A stretch of 33,969 bases of DNA. Origin: a virus. Taxonomy: Duplodnaviria > Caudoviricetes. The translations under genes were made by a program, and so were the position numbers. Below, piece after piece: positions 17,130-25,357 of the stretch. The notes under the pieces are model-generated. The model saw only the letters and a program-made list of their open reading frames with translations, ran no database searches and was not told the origin of the DNA. Each line of letters opens with the position of its first letter. The first letter of the stretch is position 1. The DNA lies in IMG/VR virus record IMGVR_UViG_3300012931_000897, positions 1-33,969 of that record. The stretch is one strand, 5' to 3'.

Positions 17130-18046
17130 ACCGGCACCTCCAGGGCTGGCGTGTTGGTCTTCTGTACCAGCCCGAAATCCATGGCCTTCACGTCGTTGTC
17201 AAACATCTTCTGGACGTCGTCATAGGAGAAGACCTGGTCATCAGGTTCTACGAACTCCACGCAGTATTCCTGTCGGTACATCGTGGGGCCCATCTCCTCC
17301 AGGTTTTCCTGCTGCTCCTCGAGGTTTGCATGTCGCGGCGAGTAGAATCCGCGGATCCCCGCGGCGGCCCGAAGAGCCTGGAACTTGGCCTCCGGCATGG
17401 CCGGCACCAGCTTGATCGCCTCCTCGTCAACGTCCCAAGGAGCGCGGATCTCGTACCTCTCCCAGCGGGCACTCAGGTAGGCCTTGTAGAAGAAACCCTC
17501 CCGCCCGTTGGGCGTCGAGATGACGATCAGCTCGCACTTCGGGTTGTCCGTAAGCATCGGTCTGATACCCGACTTGTATACCACGTCCTCGATACGGGAT
17601 GCCTCGTCCAAGAGGATCAGGTCCGGATTGGAATAGCCTCGGGCGCTGCGCTCCGTGGCCGCCACGATGATGATACGGGAGCTGTTCTCCAGCTCGATCA
17701 TCTCCTCGTTGGACTTCACAAGCGCGGGATAGAACGGATCATGGCCGATGAAATCCTTCACCTTCTCCATGTCCTCCCCGGCCTGCTTCTCCGTGGACGC
17801 CACAATGATCGATAGGCTTCCGGGGTAGAACTTGGCGTGGTGGGCGGGCTTTGTGCAGATAATCGTGCTCTTCCCGCTCTGTCGTGCGCCATCGATGAGA
17901 ATCCTCTTTGCGAAACTGGAAAGGACGTCCTTCTGCCATGGATATGAGTCAAACCCGAGGGACTTCACGTACCGCCAGGTGGAAAGAGAGTGGATGATGT
18001 AGTCGGCCTCCTGCCGCTTAATCTTCTGCAGCACGTTCGATTTCAT
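17126..18046 (-). CDS. terL: Terminase large subunit, ATPase domain
   Basis: YPWQ Q-motif, Walker A GARQSGKST, Walker B LILLDEASR, motif III ISTPNG, and C-terminal YRQEYCVEF. Confidence 0.9.
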   Translation of the reverse strand: MKSNVLQKIKRQEADYIIHSLSTWRYVKSLGFDSYPWQKDVLSSFAKRILIDGARQSGKSTIICTKPAHHAKFYPGSLSIIVASTEKQAGEDMEKVKDFIGHDPFYPALVKSNEEMIELENSSRIIIVAATERSARGYSNPDLILLDEASRIEDVVYKSGIRPMLTDNPKCELIVISTPNGREGFFYKAYLSARWERYEIRAPWDVDEEAIKLVPAMPEAKFQALRAAAGIRGFYSPRHANLEEQQENLEEMGPTMYRQEYCVEFVEPDDQVFSYDDVQKMFDNDVKAMDFGLVQKTNTPALEVPV

Positions 18047-18686
18047 GAATGATCTTCTCCCGGATCTCCGGGTAGTCCTCCGTCGCCTTCACGACGGCAT
18101 CCCTCATTCGAATCAGGGATTGGCTCATGGTGACGTTCATCACAACGTCCTTGATCTTCCCCTGGATGCGCGCAATCAGTTCGAGCTGACCCGTCAGGGT
18201 GTTGGCGGTCTCAAGGAGTAGTTTCCGCGGATCCGCAATTCGGTAGGAAATGGCTATGCAATCCTTCTCCGTCTTCAAGATCAGGTTCTGCAGCGTTTCC
18301 TTGTCCAGAATGGGCGCTCCCTTTGGGCTCAGGCTGGCCACGTAGGTGACCATGATGTCCGCGGCCCGGGGGCCCAGATCGTACTTCGTGGGGTCCTTGC
18401 AGTCCCGGAGGTATGAGTCCGCGGCGTCGTACATCTTCCGGACCCGTGAGACCACCTGATCGATCTCGTCGAGCAGCTTGGTGCCCAGATACCGAACCTG
18501 GGCAAGCGCCGCGGCGGCCGCGCGCCCCTCTAGATTCTGGTGAAGGTAACGGTTCACTGACTGCCGGTTCACCCCGTACCGGCGGGAGATCTCCGTCTGG
18601 GATAGGTTCCCCTTGATGAGCGCCTGGATGATCTGGGCCCTCTGAGGGTGCTGTTCGATGGCCAGAAATGGCCTGCGGCCGCCCAT
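18018..18686 (-). CDS. Probable terminase small subunit (N-terminal HTH)
   Basis: LSQTEISRRYGVNRQSVNRY HTH, immediately upstream of terL. Confidence 0.65.
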   Translation of the reverse strand: MGGRRPFLAIEQHPQRAQIIQALIKGNLSQTEISRRYGVNRQSVNRYLHQNLEGRAAAAALAQVRYLGTKLLDEIDQVVSRVRKMYDAADSYLRDCKDPTKYDLGPRAADIMVTYVASLSPKGAPILDKETLQNLILKTEKDCIAISYRIADPRKLLLETANTLTGQLELIARIQGKIKDVVMNVTMSQSLIRMRDAVVKATEDYPEIREKIIHEIERAAED

Positions 18687-18965
18687 CTACCACGCCTTCC
18701 ATATCCTCACGGCATCGATGTCCCGTGTGTTCGGTCTGAACGTGGTGAACGGAAGCTTCACCCCAGGCGCCGTGTGGTAGACGGCGTAAGGGTCCTTCCC
18801 TGGAGCAACGACCAGGTCCAGGCGGAGTGGATAGTCGAACTGTGGCAGTCGCACCGTGATCGGACGCCCGCTGATCGCCCGGTTCTGGCGGGATGCCCGC
18901 GCCGCGGCCTCCCATGAGTCGTATTCCCGTATCCGCTTCTCCCCAGGTTTCACCGGCGCGTTCAT
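18687..18965 (-). CDS. Hypothetical protein
   Basis: Coupled ORF (ATGA overlap) with RBS. Confidence 0.55.
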   Translation of the reverse strand: MNAPVKPGEKRIREYDSWEAAARASRQNRAISGRPITVRLPQFDYPLRLDLVVAPGKDPYAVYHTAPGVKLPFTTFRPNTRDIDAVRIWKAW

Positions 18966-19318
18966 GGGCCCTCCGTGATGATGAAGGTGATTTTAGACGG
19001 CCCGTGCGCATTCCCCACGCGAACCGCTTCCGGCAGGGGGACCTCCGCGCCCTCCGTGAAAACGGAGGCTTTTCGTAAGGCCTCCATGCACGGCTGTACC
19101 AGCCGTTCCTCCCTGATCCTGGCGGGGATCTCCATCTCCAGGCGGATGTTGATCGTGCCGTAGAGCCTCCTCTTCAGGGCCTTCCGGATGGCCAGGGTCA
19201 TGCTCGAGATGCATAGGAGGAGCTGACCCTCGGTGTACTTCTGGCCATTTCCCCCGGCGCCGTATTTTCGGTCCGCGGGGATTGCCTTTCCTTCCCACTC
19301 GATGATCGTGGTGCTCAT
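18962..19318 (-). CDS. RusA-like protein with degenerate active site
   Basis: Start re-called to 19318 (ATGA overlap). Size, position and the pattern GTINIRLEMEIP...RLVQPCMEALRKASVFTEGAEV...KITFIIT follow RusA, but DxDN..K...D...DD is absent. Confidence 0.45.
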   Translation of the reverse strand: MSTTIIEWEGKAIPADRKYGAGGNGQKYTEGQLLLCISSMTLAIRKALKRRLYGTINIRLEMEIPARIREERLVQPCMEALRKASVFTEGAEVPLPEAVRVGNAHGPSKITFIITEGP

Positions 19319-19803
19319 GAGGCTTTCTCCTGCGCCACCCGATCGAGCTTCTCGATGCACTCCAGCGCCCAGCTCACCACCAGGCGGGATTGCCGGGTGT
19401 GCGGACGGCCGTTCTCCACCATGTCGTTCAACAGTCGGACCGCGGTCAGGAGCACGGTCCGTTGCACCTCGTTGTGCCTGGCGGCCGCGATCCAGGCCGA
19501 CTCATCCCCGGAGAGGGCCTGGTCGTTGAAGCGAGTCAAGGCTTCCTGAACACGGACCTGGTATTCCTCCAGCCTGTTCCGGCCGAAGAAATCCCGCTCC
19601 GCCAGCATGCTCAAGGATATGATGCTGGAAATCGTCAACCCGCGGATCTTCTTCTCCGCCGATTCCACGAACGCATTGATCTCCCCGGTAGGCTTACGGA
19701 TTTTCTCCCGGAACTTGAACCCACCGGTGGCCCTGACTCCTAACAACACCTGATCCAGCTGCTCCATGGAGCGCCGGATCTGCTTGTGCTCGTCTTCTTT
19801 CAC
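19315..19803 (-). CDS. Hypothetical helical protein
   Basis: Coupled ORF, GTG start with GGAGGG RBS. Confidence 0.6.
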   Translation of the reverse strand: MKEDEHKQIRRSMEQLDQVLLGVRATGGFKFREKIRKPTGEINAFVESAEKKIRGLTISSIISLSMLAERDFFGRNRLEEYQVRVQEALTRFNDQALSGDESAWIAAARHNEVQRTVLLTAVRLLNDMVENGRPHTRQSRLVVSWALECIEKLDRVAQEKAS

Positions 19804-20327
19804 CTTCCCCTCCCTATCTCGTTAACCCGATCGATCACCAGGTTCAGCGTCTTCGCAAGATCGTTAATCCGGTTGAGGGCTGCATTCAAATCGGGATTTT
19901 TGCTGAAAACGTTCTGAACCCCGTGGTCTTCAAATTGGTCAAGCGGCTTTCTTTCAACGCGTGGCTCGCGTTCCACCGGCACCCTGATGCCCGCGGAGAA
20001 AAGCCCCAGGCTCAGGGCCGCAACCGCCTGCTCGCTCAACTCGATGGCGGAGTTGTCCGCGACAAGATGCACCACCTCATGCAGCAGCGTCTCCTCGAAC
20101 TGGTCGGGAGGCAGATCTTGTTCCAGGGTAATCAACCCGGCATTCATGATGCTCCGTCCCATCGCGCCGTCACACGGGGAGTTCTTCTCGAAGAGCTCGA
20201 TCCGTTGTTCCAACCCGAAGATCCTCACCTTGCCATACGCTTCGCCCACCGTCTCCTCCTCCCAGTTTTCACGCTTCTGCTCAGATAGCCGCTTTATCAC
20301 GCGTATCCGCGGATCCGGGCGGCGCAC
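19800..20327 (-). CDS. Phage zincin-like metallopeptidase-domain protein
   Basis: EETLLHEVVHLV...LSEQAV (HExxH plus downstream E). Start uncertain. Confidence 0.6.
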   Translation of the reverse strand: MRRPDPRIRVIKRLSEQKRENWEEETVGEAYGKVRIFGLEQRIELFEKNSPCDGAMGRSIMNAGLITLEQDLPPDQFEETLLHEVVHLVADNSAIELSEQAVAALSLGLFSAGIRVPVEREPRVERKPLDQFEDHGVQNVFSKNPDLNAALNRINDLAKTLNLVIDRVNEIGRGR

Positions 20328-21261
20328 GTTCTACAGGTTCCGACGCGGCCGGTTCCCAGCCGTCGCCCGTCTCTTCCACCTTTTTCCGCGACCAGATCAG
20401 CCGGCAAGCATTGCAATGGGCTTCCCCTCGCGAGCTGACCCGTTTCTTCCCGTGGCAATCTGGGCATTCAACCGTCTCGACTTCCTCCCGCGGCGGCCGC
20501 GTGGATTTTTTTGCCTTCTGGAGCCATTCGAAATAATCGGCCAGGAACAGATTCATTGCCTTTCCGGAATGCGCTTTCTGACATGTTCTGTACGCGGATT
20601 CGATCTCCACGGGATCCTCGCTTACCTGAAGATTCTCCAGTTGGGACAAGATTCTTTCGGAGAGTTCCGGCAACGGCTTACCGGTCACCTCGAGGTGAAT
20701 TGCGGAGAGTCTATTCATGATTCCGGTTTCGGTTTCGGAAGGCGAAGCCGAAGGGGGGGATTCTTCCGGCGCCGCGGCGCCGTCTGGGATCCCAGGAATT
20801 CTTATTCCCCCCTCTTTCTTTTCTTTTCTTTTCTCATTGCTTGAGCGATGCCTCGGCGTCGGTTTAGCATCGCTTAAGCGTTGCTTGAGCGATGCCGCAG
20901 CCTTGCCGCCCTTCCGTCCAGCATCGGCGTACCGTTGCTTTGACATCGCCATGATGTCCATATCACGGAGGACCCTCGAGCTCCATGCCGTCTCCTTGTT
21001 CATCTCGAGAAGCTCGATTTCCTCCCCAGCCAGCTCCCGGATGAACTGTTCAGCCTCACCCGGAGTGCAACCCCACTTCTTCGCAAATGCCCGAAAAGTC
21101 CACTTCGTGAGGACCATGATGTAGCCGTCCTGAAGCCGCAGGAACTCCACGATCGTCCACCACCGGCCGTATCCCTCCATCCCGTGGAGATGGATCAGGG
21201 CCTCGATCTTCGGATCGTCGGTTGCGTTTGCGTCGTGCTTGAACCACGGTACGTCTTTCAT
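20281..21261 (-). CDS. Replication initiator (DUF4373/Lin1244-like N-terminus, C-terminal Zn finger)
   Basis: Start re-called to ATG 21261. WFKHDANA.DDPKI..L....GMEGYG.WW..VE.L, AGRKGG, and CPDC...CNAC. Confidence 0.75.
   Translation of the reverse strand: MKDVPWFKHDANATDDPKIEALIHLHGMEGYGRWWTIVEFLRLQDGYIMVLTKWTFRAFAKKWGCTPGEAEQFIRELAGEEIELLEMNKETAWSSRVLRDMDIMAMSKQRYADAGRKGGKAAASLKQRLSDAKPTPRHRSSNEKRKEKKEGGIRIPGIPDGAAAPEESPPSASPSETETGIMNRLSAIHLEVTGKPLPELSERILSQLENLQVSEDPVEIESAYRTCQKAHSGKAMNLFLADYFEWLQKAKKSTRPPREEVETVECPDCHGKKRVSSRGEAHCNACRLIWSRKKVEETGDGWEPAASEPVERAPPGSADTRDKAAI
20814..20896. repeat. Candidate replication origin: iterons plus pyrimidine/AT-rich tract within the initiator gene
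   Basis: TTGCTTGAGCGATGCC at 20837-20852 and 20881-20896, an inverted near-copy at 20867-20879, and an adjacent (CTTTT)n tract. Confidence 0.6.
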
Positions 21262-21437
21262 GCGCCCCTCCCCGCCCCCCAGATCATGGCTCCCGTCGGC
21301 GGCTGCCACGTACGCGTTAGGATGTAACCCGGACCGAACAAGATCAGCTTCTCCTCCCGGCATTCCTCGCACCAGAACATGTCATTGCCCATCCTCGAAA
21401 CGGGCCGGCCACAGTCCGGACAGGTCACACGTTTCAC
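21258..21437 (-). CDS. Small zinc-ribbon protein (59 aa; not in ORF track)
   Basis: GTG start with GAGGT RBS. MKRVTCPDCGRPVSRMGNDMFWCEECREE...; the stop overlaps the initiator ATG. Confidence 0.6.
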   Translation of the reverse strand: MKRVTCPDCGRPVSRMGNDMFWCEECREEKLILFGPGYILTRTWQPPTGAMIWGAGRGA

Positions 21438-21441
21438 GCGG

Positions 21442-21771
21442 TTACCTCGTTGGGGGCACGACGAGGCCGGAGACCACGCCGCGGATCGACTGCAGGATCT
21501 CCGGATCGGTCAGATCGGTGACGACCACGCCAACCGATGACACCCGGAGGAACTGCGGCGCACCGAAGAAGGAATCCGCGCGGTCCACGCCGTAGTCCAC
21601 CCCGCCTTCGGGACGGGGAACCAGCTTCACCCTCGCCGTCTTGTTCGTCGGAAAGATGATCTTCCCGTCCTTTTCTTCCACGCATTCGCAGAAGAAAAGC
21701 GAACCGGATGGGATCTGGTAGAGCCCTACCACCCCAGTATTGAGGCGCCCGTTTGCCTTCATGATGGCCAT
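21442..21771 (-). CDS. Hypothetical protein
   Basis: Fills the operon gap, with plausible composition. Confidence 0.55.
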   Translation of the reverse strand: MAIMKANGRLNTGVVGLYQIPSGSLFFCECVEEKDGKIIFPTNKTARVKLVPRPEGGVDYGVDRADSFFGAPQFLRVSSVGVVVTDLTDPEILQSIRGVVSGLVVPPTR

Positions 21772-21774
21772 GGG

Positions 21775-21984
21775 CTACTCATTCCTGGCGATGGATGAAT
21801 TCGCCCACATGACGCACTCTTCCAGCTTCGTGAAGGAAAGGGACTTCTCACGGCTTTCGGGACACTGGCGGTTCAGTAGATGAGCAAGCTCTTTCGCTTT
21901 CTCGCGGATCTCCTCATATCGTTCTAACTGCGTCCCCTTTGGCGCGTGGTAAATGAAGTTGTCTTCGATCTCGTCGTGCTTCAC
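21775..21984 (-). CDS. Acb2/Tad1-like helical-hairpin protein (candidate immune-signal sponge)
   Basis: 69 aa, NFIYHAP...CPESREKSLSFTKLEECVMWANSSIARNE. RE.S.A.TKLEE..MW is the hairpin signature I associate with Tad1/Acb2-related proteins. Confidence 0.6.
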   Translation of the reverse strand: MKHDEIEDNFIYHAPKGTQLERYEEIREKAKELAHLLNRQCPESREKSLSFTKLEECVMWANSSIARNE

Positions 21985-22074
21985 GGTTTCCCCCTCCCAA
22001 AAACCGCGGAAGCCGGGCGGGTGTACCAGGTCTTTCAGGAGTCCCGGGATCCCGCACCGGCAACCGCGCGAATC

Positions 22075-22794
22075 TCATGCGATGGTGGCGACGTCCTTCA
22101 CCTGCTCCCGGCACCACTCCACGATCGAGGCTATGGCGTTCAGCTTCCAGAGACCGCCCCCGGCGGTGAACAAGGCGAAGGATGGCGGTTGCCCATCCCC
22201 GCCCCCGCGGGCCCTGAAGATGAACGTGGACTCGGGCTGTTCGATCTCCCGGAAGGTCCTCCACGGCCTCAGCTTCACGGGGTTGGGGATCGGGCTGTTT
22301 TCTCCAAGATGGACTCCCACCTTGGTCTGGACCGTTTGGGAAACGCCATCGTCCGAGTGGTTGACGACCTTCTCGTCCTTGATGTTCCCGACAACCTGGA
22401 GGATCTTGGCCAGATCCCCGGTTTCGGAGAACTCCACCTGCAGGTTGATGATGAATGTCTCGGGGTCCATCCACTTCCCGAACTGGAACGCTCCCTCCTC
22501 CGTGGTTGTACGCAAGAAAACGGTCCTCTTCAGGGACGGCTCCTTCGCGGGCCCCAGGATGGCCACGGATTTGTGGCTTTCAACGTGCAGTAGGACCTGG
22601 TCCCGCTTCACCAGGTCGAGGTTGTGCTCGAAGAAGTCGTTGATGGCGGTGAGCGTGGAAACGGCCAAGGTGTCCGGCCGCGGATCGTGCTCGATCAGCT
22701 TCAGGCTCTGGTTGCTGTACTTTTTCCCATCCACATCCAGCAGCGTGGGGGCGGCCAGTTTGACGACCTCCTGGATGAAACTCGCGTCCATCAT
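22075..22794 (-). CDS. Conserved phage protein (YfdQ/DUF2303-like)
   Basis: FIINLQ..F, DDGVSQTV, PNPVKLRPWRTF.EIEQPES.FIFR and GG.WK motifs of a common prophage family. The DUF assignment is tentative. Confidence 0.6.
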   Translation of the reverse strand: MMDASFIQEVVKLAAPTLLDVDGKKYSNQSLKLIEHDPRPDTLAVSTLTAINDFFEHNLDLVKRDQVLLHVESHKSVAILGPAKEPSLKRTVFLRTTTEEGAFQFGKWMDPETFIINLQVEFSETGDLAKILQVVGNIKDEKVVNHSDDGVSQTVQTKVGVHLGENSPIPNPVKLRPWRTFREIEQPESTFIFRARGGGDGQPPSFALFTAGGGLWKLNAIASIVEWCREQVKDVATIA

Positions 22795-23138
22795 GCTTCT
22801 TTTCCTTTCTTGATGTCTAGAACGACCCCGGGCAGTAACCCCTGCTTGGGGTGGTCCGTGTACGCCTTCGCGCCGGCATTCGTTCCCACGATATGGATGT
22901 TGGTCTTGTAGGATTTGATCGGGGCCAGACGCTTCGACGGCGAGACCTCAATCTTGCCGTAGGATCGGTCTTCACTCGGCTTGATCTTGAACGTCAGGGT
23001 AATCGACCTGGTCGCCTCCGCGGCTGTGTTTGGATCGGCGATGTTCTGAAGAACCTCCGCAAACTCCTTCGCGAAAAGCTCCCCGGCGACGCCCGCTCCC
23101 AATGTTTCGAGGGTCACCTCTTTCAACTCATTTTCCAC
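22791..23138 (-). CDS. Conserved phage protein (often annotated 'replication terminator'), partner of the downstream gene
   Basis: G...E.F..E...VLQNIADPNT.....RSITLT..IKP...R motif. Confidence 0.65.
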   Translation of the reverse strand: MENELKEVTLETLGAGVAGELFAKEFAEVLQNIADPNTAAEATRSITLTFKIKPSEDRSYGKIEVSPSKRLAPIKSYKTNIHIVGTNAGAKAYTDHPKQGLLPGVVLDIKKGKEA

Positions 23139-23337
23139 GTTCCTCTCCTTTCTTCTGCTTGAAATCCACCGCGTTCCGGCAGGTGGCCCAGTGCGGCGTC
23201 CCGTCCGGATCCAGGGGCATCGCTTTCCCAGCCTGCGTGCGGATCCAGAAGATCGATGCGCCGCACCCCTTGCAGCTCTTCGGGGCCGTCCCGGGCGGGA
23301 TCTTGTACTTCCCGTCTACCGGCTTCCCGTACGTCAT
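23128..23337 (-). CDS. Small zinc-binding phage protein
   Basis: Start re-called to 23337. CKGCGASIFWIRT..GK.MPLD....HWATC. Confidence 0.7.
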   Translation of the reverse strand: MTYGKPVDGKYKIPPGTAPKSCKGCGASIFWIRTQAGKAMPLDPDGTPHWATCRNAVDFKQKKGEERGK

Positions 23338-23555
23338 ACGGTCACCGGGAGCGCTTCCCGGTCCCCAACCGACTCGAGGAACTGCACGTACTGGTCGTCC
23401 GTTCCATGGAACGCGATGGCCCCCGGAACCGGCGTCCCCGCGCCGAAGATCAGGGCGGCCAGCTTGAACCGGTGAGGCATCACCGCCATGTCCCGCGGGT
23501 ATAAAATGACCTCCCGCGTCTTCACCCCCTCGATCTGTCTCATCCCCACGACCAT
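23334..23555 (-). CDS. Hypothetical protein
   Basis: RBS before ATG 23555, ATGA coupling downstream. Confidence 0.5.
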   Translation of the reverse strand: MVVGMRQIEGVKTREVILYPRDMAVMPHRFKLAALIFGAGTPVPGAIAFHGTDDQYVQFLESVGDREALPVTV

Positions 23556-23675
23556 CCTCGTCTCCTTTCGCCCCACCATGGGGCCGCGGACTGTCACGCC
23601 CCCCGGAGACCGCGCGATCTCCAGGATTAAGAGGAGCGGCCGCCGGGCTACCAGCCCAGGCCCTCCCCGGGATCC

Positions 23676-24161
23676 CTACGAACCGGCCAGCCCCGGCAGC
23701 CACCTCTCCCCCGCCGGCACCAAATGCTTCCGGGCCTGTCCCTCGAGAATCCGGGAACCGACCGCCAGGGCTTGCCGGAGCCTGGGAGGAAAGCCCTCGG
23801 CCGCCGCGGGGGAAGGGCCTCCTACGGCGGCGGGGCGCTGATCGTCGTCGGATACAGGTCTGAGCCCCAGAAGGGCCTGAAACTGCTCACGGGTAATGAG
23901 CGCCCGCTCCACGGCGGACCGCAACTCCCGGATCTGCGCCCCGGAGGGGAGCTCCGCAGGATGCGGCGGCCGCCCCGCGGATTGCGGGGGATTCACGTGA
24001 TGCGGGGATTCAAAGGCCTTCAGGACCATGTAGGCCTGGAACTCGTTCAGAACCACCGGCACCCCGGGAGACGTTTCCACCTCCGGGAATAGACGGCGGA
24101 CCGCCCGGAGGACCGTGTCCTCTGATTTCCGCACGATCTGGGCGACCTCCCGAATCTTCAT
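23676..24161 (-). CDS. HTH DNA-binding protein (antirepressor/Rha-like regulator candidate)
   Basis: N-terminal MKIREVAQIVRKSEDTVLRAVRRLFP HTH. Confidence 0.55.
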   Translation of the reverse strand: MKIREVAQIVRKSEDTVLRAVRRLFPEVETSPGVPVVLNEFQAYMVLKAFESPHHVNPPQSAGRPPHPAELPSGAQIRELRSAVERALITREQFQALLGLRPVSDDDQRPAAVGGPSPAAAEGFPPRLRQALAVGSRILEGQARKHLVPAGERWLPGLAGS

Positions 24162-24427
24162 GCGGTCCTACCGGCGGCTACCGTTGCCCGGCGGAGCTTC
24201 AGGAGGTCCTGCATGCGCTGGTATTCCGCGCTGATCCGCTTCCAGTAGTCGTACTCATCCATGGAGAGCTCGATCTCGATGATGTCCCCGGCGCCCCCGT
24301 AGGGCAGTTCCGCGGGGAACTCGTAGACCACCGGCCAGCATTCCAGGAAGGCCTCACAGGTGGCCGTGCGGACCCGGACCGTCTCCGGCCGTGGGAGGAG
24401 CTTGATTGACATGGCGGAGTCGATCAT
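24158..24427 (-). CDS. Hypothetical protein
   Basis: ATGA overlaps at both ends and GGAGG RBS. Start re-called. Confidence 0.55.
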   Translation of the reverse strand: MIDSAMSIKLLPRPETVRVRTATCEAFLECWPVVYEFPAELPYGGAGDIIEIELSMDEYDYWKRISAEYQRMQDLLKLRRATVAAGRTA

Positions 24428-24612
24428 TGCAGCCCTCCGATCGACATCCGCGGAGGCTCCGCGTCCCGGGCGTGCCGCGCTTCCCGGCGCGCGCGGCGCT
24501 TCGCCCTGAAACCGTCGCCCAGTATCCAGGCGATCGCGATGAGGGTGCCCACCGCGGCAACCGCGGAAAGAGCGCAAAGGGTACCGAACATGGCATCCAC
24601 GAGGGTCTTCAT
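24424..24612 (-). CDS. Small single-pass membrane protein
   Basis: MKTLVDAMFGTLCALSAVAAVGTLIAIAWILG followed by a basic tail. AGGAG RBS, ATGA overlap. Confidence 0.55.
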   Translation of the reverse strand: MKTLVDAMFGTLCALSAVAAVGTLIAIAWILGDGFRAKRRARREARHARDAEPPRMSIGGLQ

Positions 24613-25067
24613 GCTCCTCTCCTTTCCTGGTGGGGCGTCCCAGTTCTGCGCCCCGCCAAGATCAGTCTCAGGGCCTCGCGCCGTACGGCCGCCTGTCCCT
24701 CCAGCCAGCCCGGCGGCCCTTTGATTGCCGTACCCAGGTTCCAGTACCGGTCCGTTCCGTGCATCTCGTCGGCCACCCCGTTGTTCGGTTGCCGCTTGCG
24801 GTCCTTCTCGATGGATGACCACTTCTTCCGCGGGACCCCCCATGCATCCAGGAGCTCGTAGAGGCTGTAGAGGTCCTGGGTGAACCGGAGCGGGTATTGA
24901 ATCGATCCCGCCTCAAGGCCGATCACCCGCGCCTCCAGATCCGGAATGCAGTCCAGGAGCGCCACCTTGTCCTCGGGTGCGATGATCTTCCGTGGCGCCC
25001 GCGCCGGGACCGCCTTGGTGGTCATGAAGTCGTGTGGGCAGTCGGTCCCGGGGATTGGAGGCAACAT
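24609..25067 (-). CDS. Hypothetical protein
   Basis: In-operon ORF with RBS. Confidence 0.55.
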   Translation of the reverse strand: MLPPIPGTDCPHDFMTTKAVPARAPRKIIAPEDKVALLDCIPDLEARVIGLEAGSIQYPLRFTQDLYSLYELLDAWGVPRKKWSSIEKDRKRQPNNGVADEMHGTDRYWNLGTAIKGPPGWLEGQAAVRREALRLILAGRRTGTPHQERRGA

Positions 25068-25076
25068 GGCCCTGTC

Positions 25077-25263
25077 CTACTCCTCGCTGATGGTGAGATA
25101 GAGCTTCTTTCCGGGCTCAAACAGGGGGAACGCCGCAGGATTTGAAATCGTCATCTTCAAGCTTCCGCTCGGCGTGGCCTTCCAGAAGGCCCGGTTCTCC
25201 TCACAATAGTTCATCGTTGTAGTGCGTGATGGAACTGACAAAAAACTTCGCTTTTACCTGCAT
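25077..25263 (-). pseudogene. Frameshifted small conserved phage gene
   Basis: MQVKAKFFVSSITHYND in one frame (stop at 25203-25201), and EENRAFWKATPSGSLKMTISNPAAFPLFEPGKKLYLTISEE in the +1 frame. Both halves match one small phage family as I recall it. Confidence 0.6.
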
Positions 25264-25318
25264 GATTCCCTCCTCGCCGACGCCCTTTGTCGTCCGCGCG
25301 TAGATCTCCTGAATTGTG

Positions 25319-25357
25319 AAAAGAGGCCGGGACGGGAAAGGAGTAACCCGCCCCGGC
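25319..25357 (-). terminator. Rho-independent terminator in early operon
   Basis: GCCGGGGCGGG-loop-CCCGTCCCGGC followed by CTCTTTT on the minus strand. Confidence 0.55.

Noticed and set aside
73-17815. Many long plus-strand ORFs (e.g. 3256-4374, 16233-17225)
   Set aside because: Antisense shadows expected from GC-rich codon bias, fully overlapping motif-supported minus-strand genes.
25201-25203. TGA readthrough, selenocysteine or stop-codon recoding
   Set aside because: The conserved continuation is in a different frame, and TGA/TAG act as normal stops throughout.
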